From NCBI RefSeq assembly GCF_009914755.1, contig NC_060925.1: a DNA stretch of 64,000 nucleotides, one strand, 5' to 3'. This DNA comes from the human T2T-CHM13v2.0 reference genome, Homo sapiens. Made by a program: the position numbers and the translations under genes. Numbering within the stretch: position 1 is the first letter of the stretch; every line of letters begins with the position of its first letter. Below the pieces are notes generated by a model. That model did not search any database, was not told where the DNA came from, and was given only the letters and a program-made list of their open reading frames with translations. Below, piece by piece: positions 62,904 to 64,000 of this stretch.

Positions 62904-63900
62904 TTCATTCCTTCCTTCCTTCCTTCCTTCCTTCCTTCATTCATTCATTCAGCAAATGTTTACTGAGTCCAGCTCTGGGCCAGGGGCTGCTCCAGCCAGT
63001 TGAGATAAATCCATGAATAAAACAGACCGAACTCCCTGCCCTCATGGAGCTTATGATCTAGTAGGGAGAGCAACCAATAAACAGTCACTAATCAATGAAT
63101 CAAGTAGATAGTGTGTTAGAGGATGGCAAAGGCCATGGGGAAAAAAAGTGGAGCATAATAAAGAGGGTGAGAGTGTGGTCATGCAGGCCAGGTTGCAATT
63201 CTGAGTCAGGTGGTTGGGGCCAGCCTCACTGAGATGACGAGATTTTAGTTAAATGCTGCAGGCAGAGAGGGAGTGAGCCATGGTCATACCTGGGAGAGGC
63301 ATTCGGCAGAGGGAGCAGCCAGTGCAAAGGCAGAAGCTGGTGAGTTGGGTTCGCACACCAGCAAGAAGGCCCATGCAGCCCAAGTGGTGTGCAGGAGGGG
63401 AGAGCAGAAAGTGACAGGGTAGGGAGAGAGCATGGGGGCCATGCAGGCCACTGTAGAGACTCTGGCTTTCACCTTGATAAAAATGGGAAGTCCACGCAAT
63501 GTCCTGAGCAGGGAAGTGGTGTGTTCTGCCTAATTCAACTGCTTCTTGAATGAACGGGTATTCAAGCACAATGACAGAGGAGGCACAAGGCCCTAGAGGT
63601 GCCTGGGAGAATGCCTGACCCTATCCAGGGGCTCAGGAAGGTTTCTCAGGAGGTGACATATGACTATGACCAAGTGGGAGGAACCCTGGAGGAGAAAGGA
63701 GCCTGAACAAAGGCCCAGAAGCTTGAAAAGACAAGGTACAATGGAAGAGTTGCAAGTTCCACAGTCTGCAGAGCAAGGTCTGTAGGGTGGAGGACCTGGG
63801 CTGTGACAAGGCCAGCAGAGGGCACGTTGTAAGGTCCTTGAATGCTGGAGGAAGCATCTTGGAATTCACCATGAGAGCAATGAATGGGGAGGCATGGTGG
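62904..63900 (-). mobile_element. L2 LINE fragment(s) with an expanded (TTCC)n(TTCA)n tail
   Basis: ttccttccttcc...ttcattcattcattcagcaaatgtttactgag...ccctgccctcatggagcttatgatctagtagggag, a classic L2 antisense sequence. Confidence 0.8.
63809..63827 (+). promoter_or_regulatory. CTCF motif match
   Basis: AGGCCAGCAGAGGGCACGT, core CCAGCAGAGGGCAC. Confidence 0.45.
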
Positions 63901-64000
63901 AGTCTGAGCAGGGGTGAGCCATGCTCAGCCCCTTGGGTTCTACTTGCTGCCCGACCAGCTGGTGACAATCTTTCCTCTGAGACTCAAATCAAAGCAGAAT

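Noticed and set aside
1-64000. tRNA, rRNA, snoRNA or miRNA genes, and a second protein-coding gene
   Set aside because: No recognisable signature by eye. The remaining short ORFs lack splice-consistent structure or homology that I can recognise. A covariance-model (Rfam) scan was not possible.

Overview
Primate (almost certainly human, 1p33 by recognition) genomic DNA, not microbial. The window holds the 3' half of TRABD2B (TIKI2, a Wnt-inactivating metalloprotease of the TIKI/TraB family) on the minus strand. Four coding exons (57485-57659, 41353-41443, 38069-38338, 28801-29005) have GT-AG boundaries and splice into one open frame of 246 aa plus stop. A ~5.4-kb 3' UTR ends at an AATAAA at 23444-23449. 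The first ~23 kb is downstream intergenic DNA with a 5'-truncated L1, L2/MIR/MLT1/hAT relics, an AluJ with a GATA-type STR, and a ~930-bp (GGT/GAT)n array. Almost all other ORFs in the track are repeat or GC-content artefacts. I find no support for a wholly new gene system. The best leads are regulatory or isoform hypotheses: a possible soluble GPI-less TIKI2 made by intronic polyadenylation, an Alu whose target-site duplication copies the putative branch point of a catalytic-domain exon, an in-frame skippable stalk exon, an antisense THE1 LTR, CTCF and FOX motifs, and higher-order structure in the GGT array. Repeat subfamily names and most repeat boundaries were judged by eye and need RepeatMasker/Dfam confirmation.
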